NCBI GenBank assembly: GCA_030704615.1
Contig: CM060732.1
Span: 1,178,001 to 1,242,000 of the forward strand
Direction of reading: 5' to 3'
DNA: 64,000 nucleotides
Source of the DNA: Takakia lepidozioides
Taxonomy: Eukaryota; Plantae; Bryophyta
Shown: positions 25,525 to 37,870 of the stretch, one piece after another
How the letters are laid out: every line of letters begins with the position of its first letter
How positions within the stretch are numbered: the stretch's first letter is position 1
Made by a program: the position numbers and the translations under genes
The notes under the pieces: model-generated
Told to the model about the DNA's origin: nothing
Database searches by the model: none
The model's input: the letters and a program-made list of their open reading frames with translations, nothing else

Positions 25525-26277
25525 TCACAAAAGATATGCAACATTTGAAAGTAGCTCCTTGATAACAGTCTTGTAGAACCTCTGGAGGTCTTGGAGCATG
25601 CGCTCATCATCCTTTGTGACAAAATTGATGGCCACACCCTTGCGCCCAAAACGCCCACTACAGCCAATACGGTGGAGATAGTTCTCGGGCTGGGTGGGCA
25701 GGTCATAGTTAATGACCAGGGACACCTGCTGGACATCAATACCGCGTGCCAGCATATTAGTTGTAATTAGGACTCGGGAGGATCCGAATCGGAACTCGTG
25801 CATGATGATGTAACGGGTGTTCTGGTCCATATCTCCATGTGTGGCTGAGACAATGTGGTCACGGGCTGCACTCATCAACACAAAAACTGATAGTGAGCAC
25901 TTCATAAACAATTATATGAAGGATCTAAACTGTGTGTAACTCATCTGCAAGCAAAACATAAGCAGTGTTCTCTTGGAAGCCTCTAGAAACGACCATCGAC
26001 ATGTAAAGATCAACATATCGCGCATCAAATCAGTAAGCCAGTCAACTTTCCGGTGGGTGTTGATGAAGATAACACTCTGGGTAATTGCCAGCGTCTCATA
26101 CAAATCACACAAAGTGTCAAGCTTCCATTCCTCACGGTCCACATTGACATAGAACTGCTTGATACCCTCAAGGGTGAGCTCATCCTTTTTCACCAAGATT
26201 TTCACTGGCTTGTTCATGAATTTTCTAGTGATCTCCAGGGCTTCTGTAATTGGCATTGTAGCCGAGAACACACCCAC
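25525..26277 (-). pseudogene. eIF4A: eIF4A (DEAD-box helicase) C-terminal half, 5'-truncated, with one intron-like insert
   Basis: [52 protein letters not shown] (canonical HRIGRSGR is mutated), and the eIF4A C-terminus. Confidence 0.93.
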
Positions 26278-27432
26278 TGGGAGGGGGCTTGCGCCTCTCC
26301 ACACTGCCATCAAACTCCCGCTTAGTAAAATACAAACCCACTGGCAGAACGAGGGAGGCAAACCAATCTTGGCCAGGGTGCCCATCGGGAAAGGCCATTA
26401 TACCCTATCAAACGCTTTTTCAAAGTCCAGTAGAATCAGGGCAATAGCCTGCTGGGTTTGAAACGCGCACTGAGGAAGCTCTTGTGCTAGAAGAAGGTTA
26501 TCCATAATGTATCTCCCTTTAATAAACCCAGATTGGTTTGGTCTGATGATTGAAGGAAGAAGAGGCTGAAGACGTAGAGCCAGCCCTTTGGCTATGATCT
26601 TGTATGCAGCATTCAAGAGAGTTATGGGCCTATAATTGCTTAAGTCGGTCTTGTCTCCCTTTTTGAAAAGAAAGGAGATGACGCCTTGTGACATAGCTTC
26701 CGGCATATGGTTTGATTGGAAAATGTGGTTGGACATGGCCCAAAAATCGGACGAGATGTCAAAGCAGACAATTCTGTAAAATTCCACAGGGACCACATCT
26801 ATCCCTGGATATTTCCCATCCTTCAGCTTGGACAGGGCCTGTTCAAGTTCTTCTTCCGAGAGAGGCCCTTCTAATGTCTTGGCCACAGCAGGGGATATGA
26901 GAACCGGAGAGTGTTCTAGGCAAGCATTAAGGGTGGCTAGAGCTGCGGGCATGACACTTTGAAAGAAGGTCTGAAAGTGGCTGGCAGCGAATGTAGCCAT
27001 AGGTTTGGGGTCTGTGAAAGACTCACCAAAGGCATGGTCATCAAGTTCAGATATTGTCTGCCCTGCCTTTCTCAGCCTTGTTTTTGCAAAGAAGTACTTA
27101 GACATTTTTTCACCCTTGGATGACCAGTTTATTCCTGCTGACAGCTTGAGGTCCTGCTGCTGCAGGTCTTGGAAGAATCGAAAATTTTGTTTTGCTTCCA
27201 AGTAGGTATTGAAAGTCTCCTCATCGTAGCCTGGGGATTCCATTTTTTTTTTACAGACTGAGAGGCACTTGGAGGCGCCCTCCTTTTTCTAGTGGCTGCA
27301 ATATCTCTCTACTCATCTGCTGGCTGGCCACCCCCACTACTTTGAGCTTTGCCATGAACTGCCGGTACCTTGTATACTGAAGTTGGAGTATGCTCTCAAG
27401 CTCTCCAATGTACTCAAGTTTGCTCATAGCAG
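26278..27432 (-). mobile_element. L1/Tx1-type LINE ORF2 fragment (RT N-terminal half)
   Basis: GEKMSKYFF, YPGIDVVPVEFY, NYRPITLLNAAYKI, QSGFIKGR, LDFEKAFDRV. Confidence 0.9.
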
Positions 27433-30057
27433 GTCGTGTATCTCCCTTGCCCTACACGGAGTCTTGCCAATATGTGGCACACAAGCCAGAATCAAAGGTT
27501 ATTTTGCGCTTCATGTCAATGCGGAAATGACGACCGTGAACCCAAACCGCCGTGTATGAGGTCGCGAATTGAGAGGGGCCCCTTGCAATGTCTTGCACCA
27601 AATCTGAAACCACCTCTCCTTGAGCAACGGTGTCATAAACTGAAGTCCAAAGCCACTGTTGGAATGAACTTAGAGGCTGCAATTCCATGGGCAAATTTTG
27701 TGAAGAAACATTTCGGCGGCCCGCTCCTCGTCGTGGGCGTCTAGTAACCAGCCTTGGATGGTTCCGCCTCCATGCAAGCGTCTCCTCCTCTCGTTGCTGA
27801 ACAAGATTATTGTATCTTGTCTCCCGCTCATGTATGGATAGGGTGTTCTTCAGTATGAAGTCATGCGCTTGCTCAATCACCAAGGTCGGCAATTTTACCC
27901 TCTTCAATTTTTTGGGCAAAATGATGTCCTTGGTTCGTGCATCCTCCTCTTCCTTTCACATCCGAGGGGCTTCCTCATCCACCCTTGCCATGTACTCTGT
28001 GCAATAAAACATAGCTTTTTGCAACGTATACCCCTCCGCCATGCTACCCTCCGGGTGCGTCATTTGTCTTACAAATCCTTTCAAAGTCTTCATATAACGC
28101 TCAAGGAAGTACATCCACCGAGAATGAACGGGGCCGACAATCGAAGCCTCTTCCACTAAGTGCACTACCAAGTGCACTTGGATGTCAAAGAAGGAGGGAG
28201 AAAGATGCATCTCCAACATACACATTACCTCCGCCGCCTCCTTCTTCATGCGTGGAAAATCTGCTTCTTCCAACTCTTTGGAGCAAATCCTCCGGAACAA
28301 GCCTCCCAATCTATAGATTGTCTCACGAACCTCGGGAGTCAATGTCCCACGTACTGCAATGGGCAAGATGTCTTGCAATAGATTGTGGTAGTCATGAGAC
28401 TTCAAACCATCGACCCCGTCTTCTTCGCTGAACTTCGTACGGAGGGATGACCCATAACCAGTTGGTGTTCGGACAACACTTATGGTGGCTATCACTTTCT
28501 TGTATTCCTCCTTTGTCCATTGCCAAGGTGCGCGCCTATACTTCCACCGTACAACACCCTTTGGGTCCACACCATTTTGTTCGGCCCATAGATGGCGCAT
28601 GCGACCCTGCTCCTCAAGCTCCTTTCTAACACCGAGTGAATCTCCTTTTGCAGCCACTCCATTCTTTGACAGCGTGCCATGAAAAACCCGAAAAAGGGAC
28701 GAGCAGACATTCTTCTCAATATGCTTGGGATCTAGAAGATGGTGAATCTTCAGGTCCTACATATATCCCCACCCACAAAGACTTACACAAATTTTTTTAC
28801 GTGAAAGTGACAATGAAAGTGCCAAATGTGCAATATCACATACATGCATAGGGATATTGACGGTGTTTTTGTGGAATATGTACCGCCCAATATGACAACT
28901 CGTAGAAGATTGAAAGTCGTTTCGTGTCGGGCACGTCCACTTCACCGTCCGTGCCCACATGGGCCTCCTTCCATCGGTCCTCCCAAAACTGCCCGGATGG
29001 TGTCATAGGGGGGGGACGTACTTCCTCTTTGCCATCAAACAAGTGTTTCTCTCTTCTTCTCCATCGATGGCTCATAGGAAGAAATTTGCGGTAGTTGGGA
29101 TACACCATCTTGTGAAGATGGTGGGAGCTATGTGCATCAAGATCATCGCCACAATGCAAGCATGCATGGTACCCTTTGGTGCTTAGCCCCGAGCAAACAG
29201 TTAGTCCTGTACTACACATCCCGCCACATTTGCAAAAACAAAAAGCTGTCATGTGCATGGCCCATAATGCCATCTACCCCACTACGGTGCACAAGACTGT
29301 CGCCGCTACTTCAATCAATCCCAATTTTCATCGATATTATCCGGCATTGACAAGTGAATGTACGTGGGTTGTTCATGGGGAACATAATATACCTGGATAA
29401 TCATGCATTGTCCAAAGCAAGATGTCTCTCATCTGAAAAGATTGTCCGGCCATAGGGTCAAGTGAAGCATCCAATGCCAGGACCCCCCTCCATAGCTCTT
29501 TAAGTTCATCAACAAGAGGTCGCAAGTACGTGTCCATGTTTGCCACTTGTTTTTTCCCTATGAGACATTCACATCATTGTTTCAATGCTCCACCAATATG
29601 CAGATTATACTACAAAATGAATTACACGTCTTACTCCATGATTATGTCACTCATCAATCTTGCATCCGAATTGCGTCAAAGATCCGAAGTTTAATGTAAA
29701 GTCGAAGGCAATAATAAACATGAAATGAGTACACTCACGTGGCACAATGGCAACCAACATGATATGGTCTTTTTTAATTGAAAGATACGGAGGGATGTTG
29801 TAATTCACCATGGTCACCGACCAAGTGGAATGACTACATGACTGGACAGAGAATGGGTTGACCCCATCCGAGGAGAAGCCAAGGTGGACATGTCGTGGGT
29901 CCTCCAAGAGAAAAGGCCACATCTCTTCAATATGCCTCCATGCTTGTGAATCTTGTGGCCCGCACACCTTTCCCAGGGGGCTCCGATGTGAGGTGTACCA
30001 TCTCATGAGTCTGGCCAATTCGGGGCTTCGGTACTGTGCCCTCAATCGCGGGATGAT
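27433..30057 (-). mobile_element. CACTA/EnSpm transposase pseudogene with introns, cut by Gypsy copy 3
   Basis: DPRHVHLGFSSDGVNPF..YNIPP (Transposase_21); GLKSHDYH; FFDIQVHLVVHL..GPVHSRWMYFLERYMKTLK..PEGSMAEGY (DUF4218). Confidence 0.92.
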
Positions 30058-31138
30058 TGTTAGAGGACTGTAGGGGACTTAGACACTTATACGGGATCTG
30101 TAGGGTACCCTTAATTTTTGCACAGACTGAGACCAACAGGAGCCTTAGGGGTGACAGCAGCGCACTGTAGAAGGGGGTTACACAGCCAACACAGCCCGTT
30201 ACAGTCGACACAGCCGACACAGCCGACACAGCCACACAGCCAGTCACAGCCTACACAGCCAACACAGCCAGTCACAGCCGACACAGCCGACACAGCCAAC
30301 ACAGCCGACACAGCCCGTCACAGCAGACACAGCCAACACAGCCGACACAGCCCATCACAGCCCGTCACAGCAGACACAGCCGACACAGCCGTCACAGCCC
30401 GGCACAGCCACACAGCCAGTCACAGCCCGACACAGCCAAACACAGTCGCACAGCCAGTCACAGCCCGTCACAGTTTCACACAGCCAGTCACAGCTTGACA
30501 CAGCTGTCACGATCATAGGAAACGAAGAGTAGGACAGGGAACGACTGTGGGGAAACAACACCTGCGAAGGGAACATGTTAGTTCACAGACGACGGTTAGT
30601 GAGGGAAACGGTTAGAACTGCGGATAGGAAGATAAAGGGAAAAACGGGGAATTGAGGGGGATCATTATTCGAGGAGGACTTCTTAGTCAGGCTGGAGCGG
30701 AGATCGGAAGCAAAAGATGGAGAGCACGGTGAAGGAGGAAAGAGGATTAGTAGATGCTTGTTATATGCAAAGCTGTAGTGATATTGTAGAGCAGATTAGA
30801 GACACAATGGCTTCGGCCTGATACCTGATAAATCATAATCTGATACTTATGCGATACAATCACACTGTGTAGAGAGATCTGAGTGAAGCTGTGGATTGAA
30901 TGAAAGAGTGAAGGAAACCGATAGATTGATGAAGCAAACTGATACTTAATTATCAATGGTAAGGTAGCTAAGATGAATGCGGAAAGGGAAACAAATAGGA
31001 AACACCCCCATGATACACTAGCTGTAGGTCATGACTGATTGTTCTGCGCGGGCTGAGTACTTAGAGATTTCCAACTCTTCTATCTTGGAGTTTCCGCCTC
31101 GGATAGCGAAGGGATGGGTGAGTAAAAGCCGCGCGACA
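30058..31138 (+). repeat. Putative 5' LTR of copy 3, with an ACACAGCC minisatellite at ~30179-30508
   Basis: TGT...ACA ends, followed by TT-TGGCGACCATACTAGGGA. Confidence 0.7.
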
Positions 31139-31739
31139 TTTGGCGACCATACTAGGGACCTGGGACATGAACAACCAGATGTGACAGGCATCTGGTGGGA
31201 TCATGGTGGTTGGACCATTAAAGAATTTGAAGTGAATCAAATTCCCTGTGGAACGAAGGAAGAAAGATTGTCCAAACGATTCTTTCAAAGGTTCTTGGAA
31301 TTGCCAGACGGTTGTAAAGAAAATATTCTTAAACGAGTGCATGATACTGATCCAGAATGGGGTCTGGAGAAAGGAGTGATAAAGATTTATCAGGTAGCCT
31401 GTAGAGGAAGAGCACGTTGGTTACCAACATTGGTTTATGTGATAGCATTGCTAAACGAGTAGAGTTTGAAGGCTGGGAAGAAAGAAAGGTGAATGTTTAT
31501 ACTCATATGCATGAAGAGCTTGTACTGGTAAAGAATTGGATCCCAAAGGATATTTTGTGGATCAAACTCACACCAAGAACAGCTTTTCAGACTTGCTTGC
31601 CATATGGTTATATGGTAACGGAGACTTCAAGTATAGCCAAGGGTGCATTGAAGCTTGAAATACCCAGGCATATACGAGAGATATTACAGAAGAGAGTTTT
31701 GGTTATTGCCACATTAAAAGAAATGAAAGACATGGGACA

Positions 31740-34700
31740 TGAGTGATGAAAGAGAAGCTAGACGACAGAGATATTCAGCAAAAAGAGAAAGCTATCTGAA
31801 AGCTAATTATCCATATCTTTGGGAGAGAGGAATAGACATAGGGGAATCATCTGGACCTCTCACACCATCAAGATCAAAGAGTGCATCACCTATACCGGAA
31901 GAACTAGAGTTGGATGCCACTCATTCTGTTTCTTTGCAAGAAAGATTAAGGGAATTGGTACAGGAAGAAGATCAATCACGAGGTGAAAGATCTGAGGTAC
32001 ATCCTTGGATAAAAGACTTGACAGAAATCTTTGATAAGAGTTGGCATGGAACACCAAAAGCACGAACTCCAGTTTCTGAAGCAGAAGATGAAGAAGGAGA
32101 AGAGGATGTGGCAGAGCCAACGGAGAGTTCAGACTCTCCAACACCATTACAGTTGAGTTACATGAGTGAAGAAGAAACCCAAGGGCAGAACTTGGAGGAT
32201 GAAAACAGAGAGAAGAAATTAGAAGAGGAAGAATATGAAGAAGTAGACCCAACAGCTGAGGTTGAGACTACAACCAGGACATCCCAACCCGTTGGACCTG
32301 GATCAAGTGGAGCACTTGGATCACAGGCCAACGAAGGTGTCGGCTCAGGGGGATCAGGCGGGCTGCCTGGATTTGGCTCTGGGGGGACAGGGAGTGTGGG
32401 AAGTAGTGCAACTGAAGCTGGGAATACTGTGAATATCGTGGGACCAGAAGCAAGGAGTGCTCAAGGGCCACCACTTGGTGGAAGATCCACCACAAAAACA
32501 ACAGGTCCAGAAGGACCAGCACCAGCAAGGGTGCCAGCACCTGTCAGTGGGCAGAAGGTAGGGCCATAGATGGCGTTACAACCAACACGGGCAAAACCAC
32601 CCTTTCCAATATATTCAGGAAAAGGGGATCCCGATGTACACATTAGCCAATTTGAGCACATGTGTATAGTGAACAATGAGAATGGCGATGATGCCAAGAT
32701 GAGACTGTTTCCTTGTTCACTTATCAAGAAAGCAAGTGAATGGTATGCAAGATTCCCTGATAATCATTTCCTAACCTGGAATGGCTTGAATACAGCATTT
32801 CGAAATAGGTTCAGGACAAGTAAAACTGAGGATGAAGTGTATGGAAGTTTACAACAGCTGAAGCAGAAGAAGCATGAAACTGTTGAAGAGTATATGGAGA
32901 AGATGGAATTGATGATGAAAAAGCTGGCTGCAGTACCAGCGCCCGGTTTACAGAAGACTTGGTTTGTGAGTGGATTAAGACCAGAGTTGCAAAAGAAAGT
33001 GGATATCTTACCCCATAACACAGTCGAGGAGGCATTTGAAACTGCGAACAGAATTGAGCAATTGGGAATGCTCAGGAGAGAGAAAAAAGAAGATGCGGAC
33101 TCTGAGGATGAGTCAGATGAAGAAGAAGAGCAAGAACTAAAAAGAAAGAGTAAGAGAAAGGAGAAGTTGAAGAGGGATAACTATGAAAAAAAATTGGAAG
33201 AAATCTTGAAGAAGTATGCCACAGAGGCTGCAACACATTGGAGGAAGGGTGTATGGTGTGCAAAGTGCCAGAATGAAGGCCATACCACCACAGAATGCCA
33301 CATGAAGGAGAAACACTGTACTATCTGTAAAATGGATAACCATTCTACTGAGAATTGTTACTACAAGAGAAGGACAGCTGCAAGAGAACCTAGGCAAGTA
33401 AGGGTGCATCAGGTGCAGCCCCAGCCAAGAAGAAACAATGATCAGGACCACTATGGTAGGTCTGGTGGTTATAACAATGGCATGGAAGGGAGAGGTAATT
33501 CAAGGGGGAATTACCAAGGAAATTCCAGAGGCAACTATCAGGGTAATCCAAGGGGGAATTACCAGCCCGGGAATCAGGATTATAGAAATAATCCAAGAAC
33601 AGACCAAGGGCGAGGACCCAATGGTGAAGAGCTATGTTACTATTGTAATCAGCCAGGACATGCAAGGCAGCCTGTTCATTCTGGATAAGACACCAGAATG
33701 AGATGAGAGCTCCTGTGAATGAGGGCCCAGTGGTGGCAGCTCACATGGTTAGGCCATGTGTTGTACCAGAAGTAAGTACAATGATAGTAACAAGAAGTAA
33801 AGCCAAACTAATACCTCCAGTAGAAGAGGAAGAAGATGAGACTGGAAGTGGCAATGATATGCCTGAAGATGAAGAGACTTGGAAAGATGAGAAGGAACTG
33901 CACAAGGAAGTGGCAGATACTATAAGGGAAATGCAAAAGAGTACTGATATTCCTGTGGCAGATTCCTCTGATTCGGATGGAGAAAAAGAAGGGAGTGAGG
34001 AAGAAAGGAAAAAAGAAGATGCAGACATGCAAAGTAATGAAGAGACTTTGGCTGCAGTAATATGTCAGACCAAAGCAGAAATTACCATTGGATAGCTATT
34101 AGCTGTGGCACCTTATTGTAGGCACAGGCTGTATCAGGCAATCAATCGAATTGCCCAAGAGACAGGAAACACAGACCTGAACAGCAAGGTGACCAGTTAT
34201 AATGTGAAGCCGGAAGGGCGAGAACCAGTCATGGACTTTGATGATTCTATGCCAGTAATCCAATTGAGAATTGGAAGCACAGAACTAACTGATGTACTGA
34301 TAGATGGTGGTTCTGGAGTAAATATCATGACAGACCAATTAAGGAAGAAGCTTGGTCTAAGTAACATGAAACCAGCCCCATTTACAGTAACAATGGCAGA
34401 TCAAAGAAGTGTGCAGCCATTGGGATTAATAAGAGGAGTTAAGATACAGATACAGAAAATGATCTTTATGATCACAGTAACTGTATTAAAAATGGATGAA
34501 GTCATGGAGGCTTACTCCTTATTATTGGGACGTCCGTGGCTGAAACAGGCCAGGGTATTCCATGACTGGAATTCTCAGTTATTAACCGTGCATAATGGGA
34601 TACACGAGATACAAATTACCACAAAGAAATCTAGTATATTACCTGCTACAAGAAGACCTCGAGGAGTCAGAGAGTATGACTGGAGAGGAGGACTGGATGA

Positions 34701-37700
34701 GGAGCAGGAAGCTACCCTATTTGCTGCACACCCAGAGTGGGAGCAGGTTGCGGAGATGCGGCTGGAAAGCCTAAGTTGTTTAAGAGGTATCTGCTGTGGT
34801 GTAGTGTCGGCAACACCAATTGAAGAGGAAACCAGCAGTTACCCACCACATTTCTATGAAGAAAGGAGGAGAGATAGAAATCCTAGAAGAACCAGCCACT
34901 GTGAGCTTAAAGGATGAAGTGGTGACTGGTTGGACAATCACAGCTGATGAGCAGGTGAGAGAAGTAAATGTGGGAACTCAGGAGGAAACGAGAATGGTGA
35001 AAGTAGGAGCTGATTTGGAGCCGGAATTCTTCGAAGAAGCTAAAAGCTTGTTCATCAAATACAGAGATGTATTTGCTTGGAGCTATGAGGATCTAAAAGG
35101 GATACCACCTGAAGTCTGTCAGCATAAGATTGAACTGGAACCAGGGTCAGTACCAATCAAGCAGGCGAGGTATAGAATGAATCCCAACTACGCACAGAAG
35201 GTTGGAGAAGAGATAAAGAAGTTGGCTGAGGCTAAGTTTATATACCCAATAGAGTATACAACTTGGTTGTCACCCATTGTTATAGTTCCCAAGAAGAATG
35301 GCAAACTAAGAGTATGTGTGAACTATAAGAAGCTGAATGCTTGTACGAAGAAAGATCCTTTCCATTTGCCATTCACAGAAGCAGTATTAGACACTGTGGC
35401 AGGCCATGAGATGTACTCATTCATGGATGGCTTCAGTGGTTATAATCAAGTGCAAGTGGCAGAAGAAGACCAAGGGAAAACAGCCTTCATCACAGATTGG
35501 GGGGCTTATGCATACAAAGTCATGCCCTTTGGACTTTGTAATGCACCAGCGACCTTTCAGAGAGTGATAAGTGAATCTTTTCATGAGTATCTGGATGATT
35601 TCATGCAGGTATTCTTGGATGATTTCAGTGTGTACAGCTCTAAGAGTGAGCACTTGCATAAATTGGAGTTATGTTTGGCCAGATGCAGGATGAGAGGTCT
35701 GGGCCTGAATCCAGAGAAGTGTACTTTCTGTGTGAACTCAGGGGTGCTTCTGGGACACATTGTGTGTAAGAAGGGACTCCTTGTGGATCCCAGGAAGACA
35801 GAGTCCATTAAAGCCTCTCCACCCCCAGTGAATGTTAAAAGTCTACGAAGATTCCTTGGGCAAACCAGTTATTACAGAAGATTTGTCAAAGGTATGCACA
35901 AATAGCAGCACCATTGAGCAAGCTTCTGAAGAAAGATGCAGTGTTTGCCTGGACAGCTGAATGTCAACAGGCGTTTGAGGAACTTACACTGTCAGTAACA
36001 ACTACACCTGTGCTGATTAACCCTCACTGGCATGTAGTATTTCATGTTCACTGTGATGCATCAGGAGAAGCGTTGGGTGCGGTGTTAGCCCAGAATGTTA
36101 CAGGGAATATAGATTCACCTGTGTACTATGCTAGCCGATTGATGAACAGTGCTGAGAGGAACTATAGTACAACGGAAAGAGAAGCATTGGCAATGATTTA
36201 TGCAGTCAAAAATTCAGGCATTACCTATTGGGAAGAAAGTTTATGTTTTATGTGGATCACCAGGCTCTGATATATCTGGTGAACAAACCTTTGATAAGTG
36301 GAAGGATAGCGAGGTGGTTAATAATCTTGCATGAGTTTGAGTTCGAGGTTATTTACAAGCCTGGCCGTTTGCATCTTGTGGCAGATCATTTGTCACGACT
36401 AACAACAGGAGAGGCCGCCACAGGAGTGGACGATCAGTTACCTGATGCGAGTTTATTTGTAATGGAGGTGCAAGGAAGTGCAGATGAATGGTTAGATTGG
36501 CAGTGGCCAATCAGATACTACCTTGCTCATGGTCAGTGCCCACCTAGTTATGGTAAGGAGCAGAGGAAGAGAATTGCTATCAAAGCTTTACCTTATACTA
36601 TGGTAGGAAGCAGAATGTATAAGTTAGGACCTGATGGAGTACTAAAACGATGCTTGTACCACCATGAAGTAAATAAAATCTTGGAGGAAGTTCATAAAGG
36701 AGTGGCTGGAGGTCATTTTGGAGAAGAGACTACCAGTAGAAAGATACTACTCGCAGGATACTGGTGGCCTACTTTGTTCAAAAATGTACATGAGTATTGT
36801 CAGAAGTGTGATGAATGTCAGAGGCTAGGACCTTTGCAGAGATCTGGAAGGATGGCCTTGCATCCTACAATGCCTACGGAACCATTTCAGAAATGGGGAC
36901 TAGACTTTGTTGGACCAATTAATCCACCATCCAAGAATACACGAAACAGGTACATAATTACAGCCACTGATTATACTACAAAGTGGGTGGAAGCTAAAGC
37001 TTTGAGGGACAACACAGCCAAGTCCACAGCAAGGTTCTTGTACGAGAACATACTTACACGATTTGGCTGTCCCTTAGAATTTATCAGTGATCAAGGAAGT
37101 CACTTCATGAATGAGACCATTGAGTTGTTGACTAAAGAGTTTATGATTGTGCATAGAAAGAGTACAACATATTACCCGCAGGGTAATGGGCAGGCAGAGG
37201 CTACCAACAAAATACTATGTACTATCTTGGCTAAGATAGTCAATGCAAACAGAACGGATTGGGATACAAAGCTGCTGACAGCTTTATGGTCATACAGGAC
37301 TTCATATAAAGTCACCACTAAGTATACACCATTCCAATTAGTTTATGGTATGGAAGCCTTACTTCCAGTGGAATTCCTGTTACCTACCATGAGAACGGAG
37401 TGGGGAAAAAGAATGGAATTGCAAGACTCCATCAAGGTCAGGAAACATGAATTATACCATGTGGAAGAAGTACGTGCTGATGCAGCTGATAATATGACCA
37501 GTATTCAGATGAAGCGAAAGGAACAGTTTGATGAAGGCAAGTTAAAGACTTTTAAGACGGGGGATTTGGTTCTATGGTTGCAGAAGAAAGGAAAGATTCA
37601 AGCTTCTAAGCTTAAATCACCGTGGAAAGGACCTTATGTCATAAAAAGATGTATGATAACAACACCGCCATGTTACAAACCATTAACAAAGAAATGCTGG

Positions 37701-37870
37701 GAAGAGTCAATGCAAATAAGTTGAAGGGATACAGTGGTATCCATGACAAACCCCTGCAGCATGATTTGCATGTTGAACCGCAAGAGCAGTCACGGGCTGC
37801 CCCAGTGTTACGAACGGAGTATGGAACACTTGTTGCTAGGCCCAGCATATATGACCAGGGCGGGCAAAAC
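31740..37870 (+). pseudogene. gag-pol: gag-pol of copy 3, fragmented
   Basis: ORFs starting at 31739, 32570, 33703, 34105, 34820, 35914 and 36228 carry consecutive gag/PR/RT/RH/INT motifs. Confidence 0.93.

Noticed and set aside
16760-30057. CACTA terminus at 17511 belonging to the transposase at 27433-30057
   Set aside because: The terminus faces left, away from the transposase.
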